From the NCBI GenBank assembly GCA_965226095.1, contig OZ245336.1, positions 1,033,308-1,097,307 on the forward strand: a DNA stretch of 64,000 nt. The letters are read 5' to 3'. Positions within the stretch are counted from its first letter, which is position 1; each line of letters opens with the position of its first letter. Source of the stretch: Bdellovibrionales bacterium (GTDB lineage Bacteria > Bdellovibrionota > Bdellovibrionia > Bdellovibrionales > UBA1609). The position numbers and the translations under genes are program-made. Of this stretch, positions 28,828 to 36,100 are shown piece after piece. Below the pieces are notes generated by a model. It ran no database searches. It worked only from the letters and a program-made list of their open reading frames with translations, and was not told where the DNA came from.

Positions 28828-28942
28828 AAAACCCGGTCAAAAAAGACTCAAAAGTTCAAACATGCGTTTTGCCACAGAGCAACTTTCAGTCGCTCTCAAG
28901 TTCAAAGCCGAACTCATTTTGATCCTTTTTTGACCGGGTTTT
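28828..28942. repeat. 115-bp element bounded by 18-bp perfect inverted repeats (MITE-like or a very long stem-loop)
   Basis: AAAACCCGGTCAAAAAAG at 28828-28845 is the exact reverse complement of CTTTTTTGACCGGGTTTT at 28925-28942. The interior is 79 bp and contains the direct repeat AGTTCAAA. Confidence 0.7.
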
Positions 28943-29018
28943 AAATTAAATAAAGCTTTATTTAGGACGGAGTTTTTAGTATTTTTCATATAAAGAATGA
29001 GTGTTGAAAGGTGAACAA

Positions 29019-29885
29019 ATGGTATTTTCTATTCCTGAAACAAGTGTAAAAAGAAAAAAGTTTAGAGAGCAGTTAAAGAACAAAAAGCTTTTGCGTTTTG
29101 TAGGTTCTTTTTCTCCTTTAGTTTCCAGAATTATTGAAGAACAAAAAAAATTTGATGGGATTTATATTTCTGGTGCAGTGATTTCCAGTGACCTGGCTCT
29201 ACCAGATTTGGAATTATTTGATTTATCTGAATTGGTGGAGCGAGGGGGAAAAATTGTTCGGTCCAGTGCTTTGCCTGGCTTGGTTGATGCGGATACTGGA
29301 TTTGGTAATGTGGCTCAAACAGTGCAACAAATAGAGGAGGCTGGTTTCTGCGGGTTGCACTTGGAAGACCAGGCAAGCCCTAAAAAATGTGGGCATCTAG
29401 ACAATAAAAACCTCATAAATATTAAAGAGATGCAAAAAAAAATTAAAGGTGCAATTGAAGCTAAAAAAGATCCTAATTTTTTGGTAATGATTCGAACAGA
29501 CGCACGGGGAGTGGAGGGCTTAGAGAAGGCGATAGAAAGAGCCAGGCATTATGTATCTGCCGGAGCGGAGGCCATTTTTCCAGAGGCGTTGGAAACGGAG
29601 GAAGAGTTTGATCAATTTCGACAAGCTGTGGATGTTCCTTTAATAGCCAACATGACAGAGTTTGGAAAATCGGAATTGCTTTCTGCTGAACGTCTGGAAC
29701 AGCTGGGTTATAATATGGTTTTATATCCTGTTACAGTTTGGAGATTAGCTTTAAAAGCTGTAGAGCAGGGGCTTAAGTCGATTGCCAGTGAGGGACATCA
29801 AAAGAAATTATTGGATCAGATGTTAACCAGACAAGAACTTTATGAGTTGTTAAAATATTCTGAATACGTTAAGAAAGATAATTGA
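29019..29885 (+). CDS. prpB: Methylisocitrate lyase
   Basis: It carries the PEP-mutase/isocitrate-lyase family motif PKKCGHLDNK and the block DADTGFG. I prefer the ATG at 29019; the ORF track starts at the GTG at 29001. Confidence 0.88.
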   Translation: MVFSIPETSVKRKKFREQLKNKKLLRFVGSFSPLVSRIIEEQKKFDGIYISGAVISSDLALPDLELFDLSELVERGGKIVRSSALPGLVDADTGFGNVAQTVQQIEEAGFCGLHLEDQASPKKCGHLDNKNLINIKEMQKKIKGAIEAKKDPNFLVMIRTDARGVEGLEKAIERARHYVSAGAEAIFPEALETEEEFDQFRQAVDVPLIANMTEFGKSELLSAERLEQLGYNMVLYPVTVWRLALKAVEQGLKSIASEGHQKKLLDQMLTRQELYELLKYSEYVKKDN

Positions 29886-29965
29886 GATTTTTTATTGAGT
29901 TTTTATATAAACAGTGTGAAAATGCTATTCAATATTTCTAAAATTCCAGGAAAGGATTGTTATTA

Positions 29966-31084
29966 ATGAAGGCAAAAAAAGGATTAGAAGGGATTATTGC
30001 AGATGAAAGCGCGGTATCCAAAGTTATTTCTGAAAAAAGTTCTTTGATTTTTAGAGGTTACTCTGTGGATGAGTTGGCCAGGAAGTCTTCTTTTTTAGCT
30101 GTAGTTTACTTGTTGTGGAGAGGGAAGCTTCCTACCAAGGAACAGTTAAACAAATTTGAAGAGGAAGAAAAACAAGCACGAAAAAATGATGAACGCATTT
30201 TAAAAACTCTTCAGGAATGTGCCAAAGGACATCCTATGGATACACTTAGGACAGCAGTTTCCATGGCCGGTGCTTTGGATTCTTCTGCATGGGATGACAG
30301 TGATGAAGAATTGGAGAGGAAAGCATTCAATCTTTTAGCCAATATTCCTTTATGGATAGCCGCTCATAGTCGTATCAGAAAGAATTTACCGATTTTAAAA
30401 CATTCTGATCAATTATCTTTTGTGGAAAACTTTTTTCAGTTGGGTTTTGGTGAATTACCTCAAAAAGAAGTTTTAAAAACTTTTGAATCTTCTTTAATTT
30501 TATATGCTGAACATGGTTTTAATGCTTCCACCTTTACGGCTCGTGTGGTGACTTCCACCACATCTGATGTTTATTCAGCGGTGGCTGGTGCTATTGGATC
30601 TTTAAAAGGGCCTTTGCATGGTGGGGCTAATGAACAGGTGATGTACATGATGAAGGAGGTTGGAGAGCCTTCCAATGCCAGGGAGTGGATGTTGAAGGCT
30701 TTAAAGGAAAAAAGAAAGATTATGGGTTTTGGTCACAGGGTTTATAAAAAGGGAGATTCACGAGTGCCTCAAATGTTTGCCTGTACTCAGGCTATGGCGG
30801 AGGTGACAGGCAACACCAAGTGGATTGAGATGTACAATATATTAAAGGATACGATGTTGGAGCAAAAGGGTATTCATCCTAATTTAGATTTTCCGGCAGG
30901 GCCGGCCTATTACATGATGGGTTTTGATATTGATATGTTCACGCCTTTTTTTGTGATGAGTCGTATTTCCGGTTGGGTGGCACATATCATGGAACAACGG
31001 AAAAACAACCGTATCATTCGTCCGTTGTGCGAGTATGTTGGTCATGAGGAGCGCTCTGTTCCTGAGGGTGGTCTTGTACAGTAG
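29966..31084 (+). CDS. prpC: 2-methylcitrate synthase (citrate synthase family)
   Basis: It has the citrate-synthase blocks GPLHGGANE and GFGHRVYK and sits in a prp cluster. I prefer the ATG at 29966. Confidence 0.85.
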   Translation: MKAKKGLEGIIADESAVSKVISEKSSLIFRGYSVDELARKSSFLAVVYLLWRGKLPTKEQLNKFEEEEKQARKNDERILKTLQECAKGHPMDTLRTAVSMAGALDSSAWDDSDEELERKAFNLLANIPLWIAAHSRIRKNLPILKHSDQLSFVENFFQLGFGELPQKEVLKTFESSLILYAEHGFNASTFTARVVTSTTSDVYSAVAGAIGSLKGPLHGGANEQVMYMMKEVGEPSNAREWMLKALKEKRKIMGFGHRVYKKGDSRVPQMFACTQAMAEVTGNTKWIEMYNILKDTMLEQKGIHPNLDFPAGPAYYMMGFDIDMFTPFFVMSRISGWVAHIMEQRKNNRIIRPLCEYVGHEERSVPEGGLVQ

Positions 31085-31715
31085 AGTTATAATATTCTGA
31101 TGAATTATGTTTCAAAAGGTTTTCTCTGATCCAAATATTGCGCTCTCTAGTATTTTTTGTAATTTTTTCTAGTATCCAGGCAGTTCTTTCTTTGCCTTCT
31201 GCCATTTCATGGGCCATCATTTGATCCATTAATTTATCTATCATATATTGGGCTGATTTATGTTCATTTTGTAGAGCTACATTAAACCATGCATAGGCTT
31301 CCGATAAATTTTTTGATAACCCCATGTTTCCATCTTGATAGCGTATTCCCAGTGAAAGTTGGGCTTTAGTTTTTCCCAAGAAAGCTTGATCGAATAGATT
31401 AACTATGTCTCTTTCTATGGCATTCAGTCTATTTCTAGAATTCATTTTCCAGTTAAAGTTAACGCTGGTGTAGTAGGAGCAGTCGCCAAAGCGTCGTATG
31501 TGTGGATAAGGATAATTACAGTATCTTCCTCGTGAGTAATAGGTTCTTCCTCTATAGATGTATACGGATGGGTTGTTAAACGAATCTTCTTCAAAGATGA
31601 TTTCATTTTCTGATAATTCGCTATTTAATATATTGTCCATTTGTTCTTGTAGAGTTTCATTGGCCATAACGGCTTGTATTGAGAAGATTAAAAATAAAAA
31701 AATTATTGGTTTCAT
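31014..31715 (-). CDS. Secreted Sel1-like repeat protein
   Basis: 233 aa with the signal peptide MKPIIFLFLIFSIQAVMA. The Sel1-like unit is AQLSLGIRYQDGNMGLSKNLSEAYAWFNVALQNEHKSAQ. Its 3' end overlaps the prpC 3' end convergently by 71 bp. Confidence 0.65.
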   Translation of the reverse strand: MKPIIFLFLIFSIQAVMANETLQEQMDNILNSELSENEIIFEEDSFNNPSVYIYRGRTYYSRGRYCNYPYPHIRRFGDCSYYTSVNFNWKMNSRNRLNAIERDIVNLFDQAFLGKTKAQLSLGIRYQDGNMGLSKNLSEAYAWFNVALQNEHKSAQYMIDKLMDQMMAHEMAEGKERTAWILEKITKNTRERNIWIRENLLKHNSSEYYNSTVQDHPQEQSAPHDQHTRTTDE

Positions 31716-31848
31716 TTTCAGGCCTCCTATTGAGGAAGATTATACTATGGTTTTAATATAAATCAAAACGTTTATATCTTACTTACAGGAGGTAAATTTA
31801 GTCTTTTCGGGACGCACATTCCTGGAAAGCCTTTCAGGGCTTTCCAGT

Positions 31849-31890
31849 TATACAATATATAATAACCTTGACATATCTATATATTGTATA
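31849..31890. promoter_or_regulatory. Perfect 13-bp inverted repeat flanking a TTGACA box; candidate operator for the downstream antitoxin-like gene
   Basis: TATACAATATATA (31849-31861), then N16 containing TTGACA (31868-31873), then TATATATTGTATA (31878-31890). It lies 12 bp upstream of the ATG at 31902. Confidence 0.55.
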
Positions 31891-31901
31891 GGTAAGGTTT
31901 T

Positions 31902-32117
31902 ATGAAGAAGGAATATAATTTTTCAAAAATGAAGGAAGTAAAAAGTTCTCTTAAAGGAAAGAAGAGCATAGGAATTAATCTAAGTCATGAAGTAATAGAC
32001 TACTTTAAAAGACTAAGCAAAGAGGCAAATGTTTCTTATCAACAGCTTATTAATTTTTATCTTCTTGATTGTGTAAAAAAACAAAAAAAACTATCTATGA
32101 AATGGACAGGTTCATAA
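31902..32117 (+). CDS. Ribbon-helix-helix type II antitoxin-like protein (BrnA-like), with no adjacent toxin gene
   Basis: 71 aa, MKKEYNFSKMK...KKSIGINLSHEVIDYFKRLSKEANVSYQQLINFYLLDC...KLSMKW. It fits the xYDFSKxK...I(R)LDxDVLxxFK...YQTLIN..L pattern of BrnA/CopG-type antitoxins. Confidence 0.6.
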   Translation: MKKEYNFSKMKEVKSSLKGKKSIGINLSHEVIDYFKRLSKEANVSYQQLINFYLLDCVKKQKKLSMKWTGS

Positions 32118-32135
32118 GTTTAAGAAATAAATAAG

Positions 32136-32535
32136 CAGGATTTGCCTACTACACTCACTCGCGTCCGGCTCGTTCGCTGCGTAGGCTCGCCTCGTGAGCT
32201 CAGAAAATCGTCCGGATTTTCTGCCTCGTATTGAATACTTATCGCATTCAACACGAGTCGCTCACTCATTTCAAATCCTGCGCAGATAAAATAATCAGGG
32301 AGCGATAGCCCCTTGATTATTTTAAATGACCACGGCAGGATTTGCCTACTACACTCACTCGCGTCCAGCTCGTTCGCTGCGTAGGCTCGCCTCGTGAGCT
32401 CAGAAAATCGTCCGGATTTTCTGCCTCGTATTGAATACTTATCGCATTCAACACGAGTCGCTCACTCATTTCAAATCCTGCGCAGATAAAATAATCAGGG
32501 AGCGATAGCCCCCTGATTATTTTAAATGACCACGG
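32136..32535. repeat. Two tandem 200-bp units, each ending in a copy of the tRNA-Arg 3' end
   Basis: The period is exactly 200 bp (32136, 32336 and 32536 all begin GCAGGATTTG). The units differ at 2 positions (32167/32367 and 32313/32513). Each unit has a 10-bp closing inverted repeat, GCAGGATTTG...CAAATCCTGC, and at least three internal hairpins. Confidence 0.9.
32488..32523 (-). terminator. Hairpin immediately 3' of tRNA-Arg (copy at 32288..32323)
   Basis: On the minus strand it reads AAAATAATCAGGGGGC-TATC-GCTCCCTGATTATTTT, a ~16-bp stem with one mismatch whose 3' side ends in a U-rich run. It starts 4 nt after the tRNA discriminator base. Confidence 0.5.
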
Positions 32536-32600
32536 CAGGATTTGAACCTGCGACCTAGAGTTTAGGAAACTCTTGCTCTATCCAACTGAGCTACGTGGCC
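32527..32600 (-). tRNA. tRNA-Arg (anticodon CCT)
   Basis: Hand-folded cloverleaf of 74 nt: acceptor GGCCACG/CGTGGTC (one G-U), D arm GCTC-AGTTGGATA-GAGC, anticodon arm AGAGT-TTCCTAA-ACTCT, variable AGGTC, T arm GCAGG-TTCAAAT-CCTGC, discriminator A. No CCA is encoded. Confidence 0.9.
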
Positions 32601-32601
32601 T

Positions 32602-33396
32602 TTAAGTTTTTAAGATGGATTCCAGATTTTCAGCTAATTGTAAAAATGCTTTTCCTTCTTCTGAGTCCGGTTCGCTTTCCAGGAAGGGGAGTCCGGTTTC
32701 ACAACTGAGTCCTACATTGGGGTGAAAGGGAATACTGGCTAGTTTTTTGATGTCATTACTTTTTAGATAAGTATCTAATTGTCCCTTTGGGAACAAGCTA
32801 ATAGGTTCCTCAGAGGGATGCATTTTAAAAGAGGACATATTTTCCACAACTCCCAGGCAGGGAACTTTTAGGTGTTTTAGCATATTCAGAGCTTTTTTAG
32901 CATCGGCCAGGGCAATGTTTTGTGGAGTGCAGATCACAACACCTCCAGAGAGGGTTGTTTTTTGTGCCAAGGTGAGCGCTATATCTCCTGTACCGGGAGG
33001 AAGGTCCACTAATAAATAATCTAATTCTCCCCAATCGACTTCTTTTAAAAATTGATCAATAGCTTTAAACAGCATGGGGCCTCTCCATATTACGGGTGTT
33101 TCTTCTTCTACGAGAAAGCCCATACTCATCAGTTTTATTCCATAGCGACGCAGAGGGATGATCATTTTTTTATCTTCAGAGATATCCGGTTTTTGATTTA
33201 AACAACCCATCATACGGGGTATGGAGGGGCCGTAGAGGTCGGCATCCATCAAACCGATTTTATGGCCTTTTTGTTTGAGAGCCATAGCCAGGTTGACAGA
33301 GACCGTACTCTTTCCAACACCGCCTTTTCCAGAACCAATAGCGATAGTATGTTTAATTCCTTTAATGGAGCTTTGTTGATCGAAAGGGTTTTTCAT
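32602..33396 (-). CDS. mrp: Mrp/ApbC/NBP35-family Fe-S cluster carrier ATPase
   Basis: 264 aa with the deviant Walker A GSGKGGVGKST and the downstream blocks DADLYGPS and DLPPGTGD. Confidence 0.88.
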   Translation of the reverse strand: MKNPFDQQSSIKGIKHTIAIGSGKGGVGKSTVSVNLAMALKQKGHKIGLMDADLYGPSIPRMMGCLNQKPDISEDKKMIIPLRRYGIKLMSMGFLVEEETPVIWRGPMLFKAIDQFLKEVDWGELDYLLVDLPPGTGDIALTLAQKTTLSGGVVICTPQNIALADAKKALNMLKHLKVPCLGVVENMSSFKMHPSEEPISLFPKGQLDTYLKSNDIKKLASIPFHPNVGLSCETGLPFLESEPDSEEGKAFLQLAENLESILKT

Positions 33397-33455
33397 TATT
33401 CTGGTATGATATAAAAGCAGTTGTTTATCAAGTGTAAACTTTTAATTATATTATT

Positions 33456-34055
33456 TTATTGATGGGGAGTGTTTATCATAAAGATTTTCAACTGTTGATC
33501 TTTATCTTTTTTTATCCAGATTTTATTCTGACCTATGGAGGCACCGGTATTGCTACAGGACATGTCTTCAAAATTTTGCTCCTGGATAACTTGTAGAACA
33601 TGGGCATTAAAAACAGATGGGAGTGAATGATAAAATTCCTCTATAGATTGTATGCGTGTAAAACTTCCGGAAGTTGAGATCACTTGTAAAGGGAAGGTCA
33701 GTATATTTGGCATATGTTCTTTTAATGATTCAAAAGAGTGCTTACCTTCGCATGGTTGAAGGTTTTCCTCTTGTTGTTCAACAATCCAACTCTTCATTTG
33801 AATAAAAAAGTGAGTTGGTGAAAAAGAATTGCATTCTATACATGCCGCTACAGCTTCTGTTTCATTATTATCCAGTGTTTGTTTATTGAAGCACTTATAA
33901 TTTTTCACAAATTGTTTCAAATCCTGTAAAAAATTAGATAGGTCATCTGGACTGCCGTGTCCATAGGTGTATACTGAACATTTTGAAGTATATGCCTGAG
34001 CTTGCGGTGCAATCACACTGATGAAAAAGATTATAAAAAACAATATATTTTTCAT
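33456..34055 (-). CDS. Secreted Cys-containing protein of unknown function
   Basis: 199 aa with the signal peptide MKNILFFIIFFISVIAPQAQA. I recognise no family. Confidence 0.55.
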   Translation of the reverse strand: MKNILFFIIFFISVIAPQAQAYTSKCSVYTYGHGSPDDLSNFLQDLKQFVKNYKCFNKQTLDNNETEAVAACIECNSFSPTHFFIQMKSWIVEQQEENLQPCEGKHSFESLKEHMPNILTFPLQVISTSGSFTRIQSIEEFYHSLPSVFNAHVLQVIQEQNFEDMSCSNTGASIGQNKIWIKKDKDQQLKIFMINTPHQ

Positions 34056-34300
34056 ATTGTCTTTATCGGAAAGAAGATCTTCTTTAGTAAAGAAATTATT
34101 GTTTTAGGTAAATTACAAAAAAATATCTTTTGTTAGAGTTAAAAGAACTGTAAAATCAATCAGTCAGCTTGCCAAAAGCCGGGCCTTATGTTTAATATAA
34201 AAAATATCCATCATTTTCAGATGTTAAAAAACAGGTTATCAAGGCAGATATTTCTCCTGTTATAAAAATTGCAGAGAAAGTAAATTGGAGGAAAAGCGCA

Positions 34301-35170
34301 ATGAAAAGCATGACAGGGCATGGGGTTGCTTATAGCCAGCAAAAAGACAGGTTTGTTGAAATAGTTGTTCGAGCATTAAATGGTCGATTTTTGGAAATTC
34401 GGTTTCAAATGTCGGATTTCTATTCTTCGATGGAAGGTGAGTTAAGAAAAAAAGTTCAAAAAAAATTTACTCGAGGAAATATTGATATTTTGATCAACAG
34501 AAAACCTGCTCAACCTGGTGTGAAAACAAAATTGAAATGGAATTATAAGCAAGCTCTTGTCTGGAAAGCTTTTTATAAAAAAATGGCTTTTGCGTTGAAA
34601 TTACAAAATAATCTGGATCTTTTAAGCTTATCTCGTCAGCCTGGTGTGTTGGACATACAATCTGTTACTCCAAGCCTTTCCACGCAGGAAAAACAAATCA
34701 TAAAAAATCTTTTACAAAAAGCTATTAACTTATGTGACAAAGAAAAATCGAGAGAAGGCTTGGCTTTAAAAAAAGAATTTCAAAAAAATCTAACTACATT
34801 GTCTCATTGTTTGCAGTTGATTAAACGTATTTCCAATAAACAAAAACGGGAGAAAAAGAAACAGTTAAAGCGCAACCTATCCAGTGATGTATCCACTCAG
34901 CAACAAAGCGCTAATGAAGCTGTGGTTATGCTTAGTCGGGTGGATATTGAGGAAGAGTTGAGTCGTCTTGTTGAGCATATACGGATTTTTCGCACACTGA
35001 TTACGAAAAAATCTATAATGGGAAAACAGATGAATTTTTATTTGCAAGAAATGATACGGGAAATTAATACTATTGGTTCCAAATCTCAGGAGGTTCGTCT
35101 GACTCGCGAAGTGGTGAATGCTAAAACTCTTATAGAGACTATGCGCGAGCAGGTTCAAAATGTGGAATGA
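34301..35170 (+). CDS. yicC: YicC-family protein
   Basis: 289 aa with the N-terminus MKSMTGHGVA and a C-terminal block EEL.R...H...FR......GK...F.LQEM.REINTIGSK that is typical of YicC. Confidence 0.85.
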   Translation: MKSMTGHGVAYSQQKDRFVEIVVRALNGRFLEIRFQMSDFYSSMEGELRKKVQKKFTRGNIDILINRKPAQPGVKTKLKWNYKQALVWKAFYKKMAFALKLQNNLDLLSLSRQPGVLDIQSVTPSLSTQEKQIIKNLLQKAINLCDKEKSREGLALKKEFQKNLTTLSHCLQLIKRISNKQKREKKKQLKRNLSSDVSTQQQSANEAVVMLSRVDIEEELSRLVEHIRIFRTLITKKSIMGKQMNFYLQEMIREINTIGSKSQEVRLTREVVNAKTLIETMREQVQNVE

Positions 35171-35742
35171 ATAAGAGGAAAACAGCAAAACCCTTTATTG
35201 TTTTATCCGGTCCCAGTGGTTCCGGTAAATCCACTTTATTAAAGCGGGTACTTGAGCTTTATGGTTCGGATAAACTAAGAACAACTGTTTCTTATACCAC
35301 TCGCCCTCCCAGAGGTCGGGAAAAAGACTCTAAAGACTATTATTATGTGAGTGAAAAGCGTTTTTTGGAATTAGCAGAACAGAATTTTTTTATGGAATGG
35401 GCTCGTGTTTACGAGCACTATTATGGAACAGCGATGGATCAGGTGCTTTCACATTGGCAACAGGAGTGTGCGATTATCAAAGATTGTGATTTACAGGGAG
35501 CGGAAAATATTAAAAAATGCTTTCCACAAGCTTTAAGAGTATTTATTCAGCCTCCCTCCTTATTAACTTTGAAAAACAGGGTTTCAAAAAGAGAGGAGAA
35601 CACCGATAAGGAGATGAATATCAGGATTAAAGCGGCTGAGGAGGAAATGAAACAAGCTCATAGCTTTGACTACCAGATAGTAAATGAGGACCTTTTAGAA
35701 ACTGTTAATAAATTAAAAATAATTATTGATAATTATATTTAA
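35167..35742 (+). CDS. gmk: Guanylate kinase
   Basis: 191 aa with the P-loop SGPSGSGKST and the blocks TTRPPRGRE and EHYYGT. Confidence 0.9.
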   Translation: MNKRKTAKPFIVLSGPSGSGKSTLLKRVLELYGSDKLRTTVSYTTRPPRGREKDSKDYYYVSEKRFLELAEQNFFMEWARVYEHYYGTAMDQVLSHWQQECAIIKDCDLQGAENIKKCFPQALRVFIQPPSLLTLKNRVSKREENTDKEMNIRIKAAEEEMKQAHSFDYQIVNEDLLETVNKLKIIIDNYI

Positions 35743-35788
35743 TATGTTTAGACTTATGTGAAGGTTTTTTTACTAAAGAGAGGATAGT

Positions 35789-36061
35789 ATGGCTCGGGTA
35801 ACTGTTGAGGATTGTTTACAAAAGGTATCTAATCGTTTTGCCTTAGTGGCATTAGTGACAAAGCGTGTAAAGCAGTTTTTAAAGGGAGATAAATGTCTTT
35901 TAGAGGGTAAAAATAATGTAGTGGTGAACGCATTAAGAGAGGTGGCGGCCGATAAAATTAAGTTCGATTGTGGCGATACACCTCCAGAAATACAACTTGA
36001 GCAGGATTTAAGAATTGAAAAGAAACACAAAAAAAATCTTTTTTTACCTGAAGCAAATTAA
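35789..36061 (+). CDS. rpoZ: DNA-directed RNA polymerase subunit omega
   Basis: 90 aa beginning [29 protein letters not shown], the canonical omega N-terminus. Confidence 0.9.
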   Translation: MARVTVEDCLQKVSNRFALVALVTKRVKQFLKGDKCLLEGKNNVVVNALREVAADKIKFDCGDTPPEIQLEQDLRIEKKHKKNLFLPEAN

Positions 36062-36100
36062 TTTTTTAATCAATCAAAAATATAAAAAGAATAAGAAGAA

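Noticed and set aside
31808-31847. c-di-GMP-I riboswitch-like GGGACGCA...AAGCC string
   Set aside because: Only a ~13-nt partial resemblance to the GEMM-I core exists. The P1/P2 architecture and GNRA-receptor parts are absent, and the stretch is better explained as a REP-like hairpin (CTGGAAAGCC/GGCTTTCCAG).
32136-32535. Possible CRISPR array or retron msr/msd locus
   Set aside because: The 200-bp units are contiguous and near-identical, with no spacers. The terminal inverted repeats and hairpins resemble retron ncRNA architecture only superficially, and no reverse-transcriptase ORF is present nearby.
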